From: Candidatus Iainarchaeum sp.
GTDB lineage: Archaea; Iainarchaeota; Iainarchaeia; Iainarchaeales; UBA10191
Length of the DNA stretch: 52,781 nucleotides
Direction of reading: 5' to 3'
Assembly (NCBI GenBank): GCA_030649735.1
Contig: JAUSFL010000040.1
Location: forward strand, 1 to 52,781
In this document: in pieces, positions 1-8,901 of the stretch
How the letters are laid out: every line of letters starts with the position of its first letter
Numbering within the stretch: position 1 is the stretch's first letter
Notes under the pieces: generated by a model
Told to the model about the DNA's origin: nothing
Databases searched by the model: none
Seen by the model: only the letters and a program-made list of their open reading frames with translations
Position numbers and translations under genes: made by a program

Positions 1-18
1 AGTATTAAAATGTTGTCT

Positions 19-3000
19 TTATTTAATGCATTCTGATTCTGCGCTTTTTTCATTGCCTTCAATTGATTGGATTATTGGGGTTGGATTCCACCAGAACTTC
101 TGCTCAAGCCCTGTTCCAGAAACGCAAACAGTCCTGTTCCTAACCATGTTTAAAATTTGCCTGACTGATTGAATGCTTTCATTGGATGCATTTCCTGCGC
201 CAGTCAATGGCACGTTTGCAGTGCTTTGAGTGGAGTTTGTTATGAGGCTTGCGCTGTCGTTCGCGACGTCAATGCTCATTGAGCTTGTCCTGCCTTGAGG
301 CGTGTAAAAAATGCTCTTCAAGTAAGTGCTTCCAAAATTCTGCTGAGTGTCAGGCCATTCAAGCCCATAGGCCAGCAAAGAGCTTCTTGCGCAGGCAGTG
401 TCAAACTTGTTGCCTACAGTGCTTTTGTCCGCAAACCCGTCCTTGAATGCCTCTAAAGTGTATCTTCCATAAAAGTCCTTGCAGTTCACTCCAACGCCCC
501 ACCAAGGATTGCTTTCCGGGCCTACGTAAGTGTCTGTTCCGCTGATTGCAAAATTGTAGGTTACGCAGGCTTCTCCAGTATTGTTTGTCATTTTCAAAAT
601 GACTGGAGTTGCATTGCTTGGCGAAAACACGAGCTTGCTCTTGCTGATTGACATTATCATTCCGCGAGTGTCACTGAAATTCAATTTCTTGAAGCTTTGC
701 TCTATTGAAGTCTCCAAGACTCCGCCGTTTTCAGTGAAAGGGCTCCATGAGGCTCCGCCAATTGCCTTGATTGAAGAGCCAACGTCGCTGGTGATTGAAA
801 CAGGATCGCTTGCTGTTGACTTGTAATTCAAGCCGTACATTGTCCTTCCATTCTCCGAATCCACGGTTCCAACAAGCCCGTCAAACGGCAGGTAATAGAA
901 TGGCGAGAGTGCAGGCTGGTTTGGAGTCTTGTTCAACAAAACATGCACTTTTGCGTCAGGCACTCCGTTAATGAACATTTGCCAGTCTTTGTTGTTGAAT
1001 TCAATGTCAATTGTTGTTTCATACAGTCCAGGGCCTGGCAGCATGTAGCCAATGTCTGGAGCTTCGCTGAACTTTGGCCCGAACTTGAATTTGCCGAAGT
1101 CCTTGAAAATTGTTCCTAATCCAGGCTCAGTGCCTGATTTGCCAGTGTACCAGTCCGCAGTGTCCACGAAAGCCACATTGGTGTAATAATCGTCAAAGTC
1201 TTTCTGCAAGTCTGGAGAATACCTGTCTTGAGTCAAGTAAGCGTTGAATTTGATGTTTTGCAAAAAGCTTTCCTTGTTCATTCCATCGCGGTAAATTACT
1301 CCACGGCCTGATTTTTCAGTTGCTTCAATGAATTCCTTCAGTCTTGAAGTCTTGTAAGGAGGGCAGTTAGTCAATAATTGAGACGGCCTTACATCAATTG
1401 CAGTGCTTACTGAATCGTCAGCGGCCATTGAATTGCAGTTTGATATTGTGCAAGACGCGAAAGTAGGCTCAATGACTGCATTGATTGCGAAAGTCGTGCT
1501 TGCCTGCAGGCTCTTGAACTCGCAGCCTATTGTTGTCTCGCTGCTCACGTCAAATGTTTTAATGCAAGGCGGCAGTGCTGCCTGCGTGCTGGAATTCACT
1601 ACAGTGACTGTCAATTTTATGTTAGCCAATGCCGGAGCGTTATTTTTTACAGTGACAATTATGTTTGCGTCAGCGCTTCCGTCGCTTTTGATTTGGTAGT
1701 CAGGGAACAGCCTTGAAATTCCAATGTTGTCTTCGCCAATAGTGTTTGTTTTTTCCTCAACATTTGCTGAAGGGCACACTAATGGATTGTCTGCAAGGAA
1801 GTCCTTGATTACCTTGATTTTCTTCAATGATTCAATGCTGAATTGCACTCCGTCGCAAAAGGCATAATTTGCTGTTCCTTCATCGCAGGCTGTCCTTCCA
1901 ACATCCTGCCAGCTCCAATCAAGCAATACTTTAGGAACTGCCTCTTCCCCGGTGTTTCCAAAAATTCCCGGAGGCATGAATGAAACGCAGGCCTTGTTAG
2001 GGTCGATTACTGTATCCTGCAATAATTGTTCAGGGCTTATTGCATTGAATTGCAGCATGAAGTATTGCGAAGCGTCTTTTGGATAGCCTGTCTTTTCATC
2101 CAATTCAATGTCTGTAGTGTCAATGTCAGCTTCTGTAGGCTGGTCAAAGAATGAAAGCAATCCGCCATCGCTTTCCTCCAATTCAATGTCATCAATGCTG
2201 TAAGTCTTGTCAGCATAATCATGCCTTTCCGCGTTCACTTTCAAAAGCTTGAAGTTTGTTCCAGTGAGCAATGGGTCTTGGTTTGTGAATTTCAATTCCA
2301 TGCTTTGGTCTTTTAGCTTGCTGTCAATCCTGTTGTCAGTCCTTGTCGAGCCAACTTGCTCTACTTTAATTGTAGCGTCAGTTGTGTCACTGCCAGTCAA
2401 TTTTTGAGGATACATTGCAAAACTGCTTATTTCCAAATCACTCATTGTGGTTGTGAATTCTATTGTGTCCTGGTTGTTAATGTTATACATTGTCCTTGCA
2501 ATGAAAACTCCCACTCCTTGGGATAATGGAGTGCTTCCAAGCAATCCGCCCAAAAATCCCGCACTTCCCGGAATCAGAACGCTTCCAAGCCCGCCAAGCA
2601 ATCCTCCAGAACTGCTGCTGCCGCTTCCACTTCCCAATAAGCTGCCGAGAACTCCTCCATTGCCTGCTGAACCGCTATTTTGTCCTCCACTGCCGCCTGT
2701 CTGCATTTGGGCAGCTGTGGCCGCCTTTGCCAATGTGAGCTTTGCGCTTGCGTTAGTAATGTTGTCTTTGGACGTTTCAATCAATCCAGTCACTGTCAGC
2801 GAATCCACTCCGGCAACGCTTGCGGTTGGATTGCTTGCGCCAAGCAGGCTTTTGCCCACGCCATAGCTTGTTGTTGCGGCAGTGAAGCCTGAATAAGTTC
2901 CAAGAGTTTTTTCCTTTGATTCAACAAGGGTTGTTTTTTCAGTTTCAAGAGTAGTTGCAACTTTTTTTAGATTGACGGCTGCTGTGGCATATGTTAATCC

Positions 3001-6000
3001 TGTTCCAACTGCCGCTGCGGTTGCCGCATCTGTTTGCTGCGTTTTTATTTTGCCTTGCTCAGTGCTTAATGATGTTTTGTAAGTTCCTGTTTGCGTGGGA
3101 ATTTTTTCTTCAATTGTCTTTGCTGCAGTGGTTCTGGCCCATGCTTCGCTTACGTTAGGGACTGCCAGTTTTGGACCGTAGGCAGTGACTCCGTCAAGCG
3201 CTGTTTTTTGGAAAACCAATGATGCTGTCTTTGCTGAAACTCCGGAAGTTGAGGCAGTGTCAATTGCGCCAATAGTTCCTGAAGTTGCAGTGAATCCAGT
3301 GTCAGTCAAGCTGAATTTTGTCTGAATTTCTGCTGCCTTTGCTTTAGCGACTGCAGCACAGGTGGCACCCATATATGCTTTTGATGCTGGATTATCGCAA
3401 TAGTTTGATAGAGTCGTGAAACAGTCTGATGTTTCATTAAGTTTTGCAATTGTCTGCTGAAGCAATGACTTGTCCAAAGCAGCCGCATCGCTTTTCGGGA
3501 AGCATGAGCCATTAATTGCAGAAACATTGGTTTTGTAAGTGTCTGTGGTATTTACTGCATCTGTCTGGGGAGTGATTGTTTCATTTCCTATTTTTGATGT
3601 TTTTCCGTCATCTGCAGCGACTATTTGGGTGGTTGTTGCCTTGTCATTGGCGACTGTGCTTCCAGTGCTTGAAGTTGTGACGTCAGTGCAGCCGCCGGTA
3701 AATCCTTCCCCGAATGTTTTTTCAGAATTTGCCAAAGTAAGGCAGGCTGCGGTCTTTTCGCCAGTAATTGCAGTGGAGATTGCAGTCATTGAAGTAATGC
3801 TTTGTTCCAATGCTGCATTGGTTTGCGCATTGCCCGCAATGTTTCCAACCCCGCTTCCGCTAAGCCCGTTTGTCAAAGCGCCCAAGAGCGCTGTCAAAAG
3901 CCCCCATTTCAGCCCGTCTGTTGCGGCATTGGCAAAGCTTGACATGTCTACCTTGAATGGAACGTCCTTGTCTTTGCAGTAATTTGTCAATTCGCTGTTG
4001 TCAAACCCGTCGTCAGGAACTTCAGGATCGTCAAAAACATTGAATTCGTACTTGTCCAATTGAATGCAAATGCTTGCATCCCAAACCCTGACCCTAATGG
4101 TTTTGTCTTGCTCAATCAATGAAGTGATTTCTGAAGGAGTTGGCTGTCCTTCAAGCTGTGCTTTCACTATGATTGCGTACTGTCCCGGGAAAGTGCTTTT
4201 GTTTGCTATCACTTGGATTGCCGGGCTTGTTCCGCCGTCAGCGATTATCAGCCCTGATGTTGGCGCTCCCACAAGGCTTAAAGTATTGTCCGGCAGGACT
4301 GAAAGGAACACTTTCACTTCCCCGCAGTCTTTCTTGTTTGATATTGTAAAGTCTGTCATTGATTCCGCAATTTTTTCGTCTTTTGTGATTGACAATAATT
4401 CTTTGCTGAATGAAATGCATTCTTTCAGGTTTGCAACATGCAGTTCTGTAGTGATTTCCTGGCTCATTGCCTGGTCTTTCTGGCCTTCAGTCTTGTTTTT
4501 TGCCTGAATTATTATTTTCGCGTTTGCGACTCCATCGACTCCGCCGCTTGGCGTGAAAGAAAGGATTGCGTCATAGCTTTTTTCTGCCTCAAACCTTGAA
4601 ACTAATTTCTTGAAATATCCTGCCCTTAATTCTGCTGCAGCGATTGCTCCAGAGCTTTTGCTTTCATAAATTCCCAAAAGGAATGTTCCAATTTCGTTTC
4701 CATTCCATTCGACTTTTGCCTGCAAATCGCTTATTGCAATCGGCTGGCCTTTGCTTGAGCAGTTGTTTTGTATTTTGAACTCAAAGCTTATTGCCTTTCC
4801 TTCAGTGCTGTCAGTCCAGTTTTTTGGCGTGACTTGCAGGCAGTCTTCTGCGTCAAGCTCTGCTCCGAAGCCGATTGTTGCATTGACTGGAACCTTGAAA
4901 ACCCAGGATTGCCCGTAATTGCCAGCGGTTATTGTTAAAGTTCCCTTGACTTGCTGCCTGTCAGTCAATGCCAGCGCTTCTTGGGTCAAGAATCCAGTGA
5001 AAGTGATGTTTGCCGAGCCATTAGGGTTTAGTTCTGCGCCTTGCTGTTCTGCAAGCGCGTTGTTCATTGCAGTATCGTCCAAAAAATTGCCTGAAGTTCC
5101 TTCATTGGAGTACTCTAGTTTTTCAATCTTTAAAGGGAATGATGCGATGTTTTTCACTTGGACTGTAGTGCTTTTTTGGCTTTCAGTGCTTGCGTTGATT
5201 GCAAGAGCGATTGTTGCCGGGCTTATTTCCAAAAGCTGGTCGTTTGCCTTGAGCTTTAATTCTTTATTGTTATAATCCGGCTTTGATATGGTGACTGTGA
5301 TTTCTTCGCCAGGCAGTAGTGATGGAATCCTTACTGTGGCTTTTCCAAGCCTTGTTGTCTTTCCAAGCACTAGAGTGTTTTTGAAGCGGTCTTTGACTGT
5401 AATGATTGCGCCTTCCACTTCCAAATTGGTTTTAGCGTCAGTAACTGAAACTTCAATGTTGCTTTCAATTCCTGCAGGAAGCATTGTTGGCTGAATGTCT
5501 ACCTTGAACTCGTTTTGTGCTGAAACAACAATTGTCAAATCCTTTTGGAATACAATATTGTACAGTCCTGGAGGATTGCTGCTTGACGCTATTTTGAAGC
5601 TGATTATTCCATTGCTGCTTGTTTGCGGCGTAAAGTCTATTTCTCCAGAAATTACAGCGCCTTTTTCAAAGCGGTTTTGGTTTTGCGAATTAGTGATGTC
5701 CTGGTCTGGAAGCTGGCTTTTTCCTGCAGTGCCTGTGATTTCCCTGCCTGAAGGCAATATTATGCTGTAGCTCTTGAACAGCAGTGACTCGTCCTCGTTT
5801 TTAATGCGCAATTGCGCGTCATTGTGCACTGTTGTTTTGGAATTGTTTGAAATATTGAAAATCAACTTGTAATTGTTAAGGATTTTTGCGTTATAGCTTT
5901 CATCAACCGCTTCTCCCAGTCCTCTTCTTCCATTCAAGTCTTCAATGATGTTTGCTGAAAAGCAGAATTCCGAATCGCACAAGGTAGTTATTCCAACCTG

Positions 6001-8394
6001 GTATAATTGCTTTGCTGGAGGCTCGAAGTAAAAGTCTTCTGAAGGCACTTGCTCCATTCTTGGATAATAGATTGTTTCGCCGTCATTTGAAACTCCAGTA
6101 AGCCAGTAGTAGACTCCGGCCTGCTCTCCGACTGCCGCAGTGCTTTTGACAGCGAATGAGACTTCGGCTTCATAAACTCCTTCGCTTAATGAAGCTACTG
6201 GAATGTTTGCCCATTTTGCGTCTCCTTCAGTCACTGTTGCGGCATCGTTTCCAAACCCGTTGGCTTTGTTGATTGAAGTTGCCTTGAGAATGTTATTGCT
6301 TAAAGGCATGTTGACTCTTTTCAAGACCATTGAGTCTTTTTCCATTATTCCATACCCGAACTCGCCTTTTCCAGTGTGAACGTGCATTATGCTTTGAGAG
6401 TAAGTTTTTCCTGCGGGAACCAAAATCCTGAATTTTCCAACATACTCTTGCCCGGGGCTTACTGCAGGAGTTGCCTTGTCTGAATCAGTGAGTCCTGAAA
6501 GCGACTTGTCTTTCTTGAAAAGACCCAAGAATTCCATTTTGAAATCGTTTGCAAGAATTTTCGGCTCTAAAGTGACATTGAATGCTGTGACTTTGTTTGC
6601 GATTATCGGCTTTGAAATTGTAGTGTATGCCGAGTAGTCTTTCTCGCCAGGGTTTAACTGCTGCCTTGAGATTTTCACGAAAACTTCCTTGTCTGCCTTT
6701 GCAAACCTGCTTGTTGCAGGAAGAACCCAGTTTCCGTCACTGTCTGTCAGACTGCTTCCAATTTCAGAATTGTCAAACGCGTCAATTAATGTCACGCGCG
6801 CGTTCGCGACTGCAAAGCCTTCAGTGTCTTTCACGTTCACTTTCACTGAGCCATTAGGCACAATGAGCGAAACATTAAGGTAGAATGCTGAAGCATCCCT
6901 CAGCTCAAACCTTTGGCTTTCGCTTTTTCCAGAAGCGCCTTGCTTTACTGCAACCGCATAATAGTAAGTTGCGGGCTTAACGTTTGGAAAGTGCGCTATT
7001 CCATTAATGTCGCTTAATTGCTCGGCGTATGGAGTGAGGAATCCTTCCTTATCTTCGCCTGTTCCATAATAAAGCGCGACTCTGGCAGCTTTAACCCCTT
7101 TTGCTGTTTCTGCATCAAGCACCTTGACTTTTAATTCTCCAGAATTGCTTGCCGAAAACTTTTCCAAAACCAGGGATTCTGTCCTGTCGCCTTGCTGTTG
7201 AATGTCAATTTCCCTTTCAGAAACCAAGTAGTCCGGATGGTCTGCGCTTATAGTGTATTTTCCAGTCGCGTTAAGATTGAATGAAACCATTCCGTTAGCG
7301 TCTGTTGTTTCATCGTCAATTCTTGCGTTTCCTTTCTTTACTGTGACTTTCGCGTTCGCGATTTTCTTGCCTGTGTTGTCTTTTTCAACAACCTGCACTT
7401 TGAGCCTTACGCTGATGTCTTTTTCCAGAGTGATTGTTTTCTGCACTGTGTCTCCAGGCAGTGTTGCGAACTCGTCAGTTGCCTTAGAGCCGTACTCGTC
7501 TGTAGGGCTTGTCCTTAAAGTGTATTTTGAGGCAGGCTGTTTGAATTCTGCAATTCCTGAAGCATTGGTCACTTGCTCTGCAATCGGACCTAATTCAAAC
7601 TCAAAAAGCTTTACGCTGATTCCTGCAAGTGGCTTGTCGTCAAAGACAACCCTTGCCCTGATTGTTGAAAGCTCTGATTCAAGCTCTTCAAGCTGTACAG
7701 TTTGGGAGTCTGAAGTAAATGCAATGCTTTGCTTTGGGGCAAATCCTTCGACTTCAATGCTTGCGACAAGGCTTCCGCAATTGCTTGGGGCCTTTACTGA
7801 AGCACTTCCATTGCTTGTCGTTATTTGCGCTGGTTCTGGAATTGCTCCAGGGTTAGTGCATGAGAAAGAATAATTCGCGCTTTTCAAAATTGCCCTGTTG
7901 AATGAGTCTTTAATGTAAATTGTTTTTTGCAGGCTGCCTCTTGCAAGCTCAACAAGCACTATTGAAAGCTTTTTTGGCTCATTGGCAGTGAACTTGTCTG
8001 TTTTAGTCTCAAACCCGTTTTTTGTCACAGTATAATTAATTACTGAGTCTTTTTCGAAATCCTGCCTTTCAGTGATTCCCTGGCTGTTTGTTACAATAGT
8101 CAGGTTTGCGGGCATTAGCTTGATGCTTGCGTTTGCAATTGGGTCTCCGTCTACGGTTTCAACCTGCAGCACAACGCCCACAGTGGGCTTTGCGAGCAAT
8201 GGAGTGAGCAAAAACCATCCGCCCAAAATCAATGCCAGGATTATTACTGCCAGGACAATTGCAAAAGTAGGAACGATTTTGTCGATTGGGTCGACAATTT
8301 TATAGATTGGGATTACTTTGTCAACATGGTCAAGGAATGCATAGTATTTTTCTTCCATTCCGAAGTAAAGGTCTTTTAGAAAGTCGCCAGCCAT
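19..8394 (-). CDS. Giant membrane-anchored surface protein A (2791 aa): carboxypeptidase-regulatory/prealbumin-like beta repeats, Cys-stapled modules, Gly-rich hydrophobic insert
   Basis: 8.4 kb ORF; N-terminal TM (TFAIVLAVIILALILGGWFLL); repeated 'V.V.D..G..I.NA.V.l....TD.NG...F' units; motifs shared with the ORFs at 8902-16620 and 18293-26635. Confidence 0.85.
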   Translation of the reverse strand: MAGDFLKDLYFGMEEKYYAFLDHVDKVIPIYKIVDPIDKIVPTFAIVLAVIILALILGGWFLLTPLLAKPTVGVVLQVETVDGDPIANASIKLMPANLTIVTNSQGITERQDFEKDSVINYTVTKNGFETKTDKFTANEPKKLSIVLVELARGSLQKTIYIKDSFNRAILKSANYSFSCTNPGAIPEPAQITTSNGSASVKAPSNCGSLVASIEVEGFAPKQSIAFTSDSQTVQLEELESELSTIRARVVFDDKPLAGISVKLFEFELGPIAEQVTNASGIAEFKQPASKYTLRTSPTDEYGSKATDEFATLPGDTVQKTITLEKDISVRLKVQVVEKDNTGKKIANAKVTVKKGNARIDDETTDANGMVSFNLNATGKYTISADHPDYLVSEREIDIQQQGDRTESLVLEKFSASNSGELKVKVLDAETAKGVKAARVALYYGTGEDKEGFLTPYAEQLSDINGIAHFPNVKPATYYYAVAVKQGASGKSESQRFELRDASAFYLNVSLIVPNGSVKVNVKDTEGFAVANARVTLIDAFDNSEIGSSLTDSDGNWVLPATSRFAKADKEVFVKISRQQLNPGEKDYSAYTTISKPIIANKVTAFNVTLEPKILANDFKMEFLGLFKKDKSLSGLTDSDKATPAVSPGQEYVGKFRILVPAGKTYSQSIMHVHTGKGEFGYGIMEKDSMVLKRVNMPLSNNILKATSINKANGFGNDAATVTEGDAKWANIPVASLSEGVYEAEVSFAVKSTAAVGEQAGVYYWLTGVSNDGETIYYPRMEQVPSEDFYFEPPAKQLYQVGITTLCDSEFCFSANIIEDLNGRRGLGEAVDESYNAKILNNYKLIFNISNNSKTTVHNDAQLRIKNEDESLLFKSYSIILPSGREITGTAGKSQLPDQDITNSQNQNRFEKGAVISGEIDFTPQTSSNGIISFKIASSSNPPGLYNIVFQKDLTIVVSAQNEFKVDIQPTMLPAGIESNIEVSVTDAKTNLEVEGAIITVKDRFKNTLVLGKTTRLGKATVRIPSLLPGEEITVTISKPDYNNKELKLKANDQLLEISPATIALAINASTESQKSTTVQVKNIASFPLKIEKLEYSNEGTSGNFLDDTAMNNALAEQQGAELNPNGSANITFTGFLTQEALALTDRQQVKGTLTITAGNYGQSWVFKVPVNATIGFGAELDAEDCLQVTPKNWTDSTEGKAISFEFKIQNNCSSKGQPIAISDLQAKVEWNGNEIGTFLLGIYESKSSGAIAAAELRAGYFKKLVSRFEAEKSYDAILSFTPSGGVDGVANAKIIIQAKNKTEGQKDQAMSQEITTELHVANLKECISFSKELLSITKDEKIAESMTDFTISNKKDCGEVKVFLSVLPDNTLSLVGAPTSGLIIADGGTSPAIQVIANKSTFPGQYAIIVKAQLEGQPTPSEITSLIEQDKTIRVRVWDASICIQLDKYEFNVFDDPEVPDDGFDNSELTNYCKDKDVPFKVDMSSFANAATDGLKWGLLTALLGALTNGLSGSGVGNIAGNAQTNAALEQSITSMTAISTAITGEKTAACLTLANSEKTFGEGFTGGCTDVTTSSTGSTVANDKATTTQIVAADDGKTSKIGNETITPQTDAVNTTDTYKTNVSAINGSCFPKSDAAALDKSLLQQTIAKLNETSDCFTTLSNYCDNPASKAYMGATCAAVAKAKAAEIQTKFSLTDTGFTATSGTIGAIDTASTSGVSAKTASLVFQKTALDGVTAYGPKLAVPNVSEAWARTTAAKTIEEKIPTQTGTYKTSLSTEQGKIKTQQTDAATAAAVGTGLTYATAAVNLKKVATTLETEKTTLVESKEKTLGTYSGFTAATTSYGVGKSLLGASNPTASVAGVDSLTVTGLIETSKDNITNASAKLTLAKAATAAQMQTGGSGGQNSGSAGNGGVLGSLLGSGSGSSSSGGLLGGLGSVLIPGSAGFLGGLLGSTPLSQGVGVFIARTMYNINNQDTIEFTTTMSDLEISSFAMYPQKLTGSDTTDATIKVEQVGSTRTDNRIDSKLKDQSMELKFTNQDPLLTGTNFKLLKVNAERHDYADKTYSIDDIELEESDGGLLSFFDQPTEADIDTTDIELDEKTGYPKDASQYFMLQFNAISPEQLLQDTVIDPNKACVSFMPPGIFGNTGEEAVPKVLLDWSWQDVGRTACDEGTANYAFCDGVQFSIESLKKIKVIKDFLADNPLVCPSANVEEKTNTIGEDNIGISRLFPDYQIKSDGSADANIIVTVKNNAPALANIKLTVTVVNSSTQAALPPCIKTFDVSSETTIGCEFKSLQASTTFAINAVIEPTFASCTISNCNSMAADDSVSTAIDVRPSQLLTNCPPYKTSRLKEFIEATEKSGRGVIYRDGMNKESFLQNIKFNAYLTQDRYSPDLQKDFDDYYTNVAFVDTADWYTGKSGTEPGLGTIFKDFGKFKFGPKFSEAPDIGYMLPGPGLYETTIDIEFNNKDWQMFINGVPDAKVHVLLNKTPNQPALSPFYYLPFDGLVGTVDSENGRTMYGLNYKSTASDPVSITSDVGSSIKAIGGASWSPFTENGGVLETSIEQSFKKLNFSDTRGMIMSISKSKLVFSPSNATPVILKMTNNTGEACVTYNFAISGTDTYVGPESNPWWGVGVNCKDFYGRYTLEAFKDGFADKSTVGNKFDTACARSSLLAYGLEWPDTQQNFGSTYLKSIFYTPQGRTSSMSIDVANDSASLITNSTQSTANVPLTGAGNASNESIQSVRQILNMVRNRTVCVSGTGLEQKFWWNPTPIIQSIEGNEKSAESECIK

Positions 8395-8406
8395 GCAATA
8401 ACCCCA

Positions 8407-8877
8407 TTACCCCATCAACAATCCCGGAATTTCCTTCACTCCAATCACTGGAATGCTTTGCTGGAATAATGCCGGAATGAACGCTAAAAATAATGCTATT
8501 GTCAAATATAAACCCAATTGTTTTAAGTGTTCCTTGGAATAAAAATTGTCGCTTCCATGAAAGTCATCAAACAGCTTGAATCCTGAAAGCGTTCCCCCAA
8601 ATCCAGCAAGCAGGAAAGCAAAAAGGCTTATAATTCCTAACGGAATGTTTTGCATGAAAACCTGGCCTGAAATAAGGCCTGAAAAAAACATTGAGAACGC
8701 GGAAAACCTTCCAAAAAAAAGCAGGCATAAAGTGAAAACAAAAAAGACTGAAGCGAGAATTTCTGCCGGCGTTGAGAATCCCAAGAATTGTATTCCCAAA
8801 AATGCCGAAGTGACTGCGCCGCAAAACCAAGATGCAAAAGCAACTATCAAAAACCCGTTAATTCTGGAGTCTCTCAA
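8407..8877 (-). CDS. Small multi-pass membrane protein (156 aa), unknown function
   Basis: TTG start; about 4-5 hydrophobic segments; tightly packed between giant genes B and A (24 and 12 bp gaps). Confidence 0.75.
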   Translation of the reverse strand: MRDSRINGFLIVAFASWFCGAVTSAFLGIQFLGFSTPAEILASVFFVFTLCLLFFGRFSAFSMFFSGLISGQVFMQNIPLGIISLFAFLLAGFGGTLSGFKLFDDFHGSDNFYSKEHLKQLGLYLTIALFLAFIPALFQQSIPVIGVKEIPGLLMG

Positions 8878-8901
8878 TAAAATCCCTCTTTTGAGTAAAT
8901 G

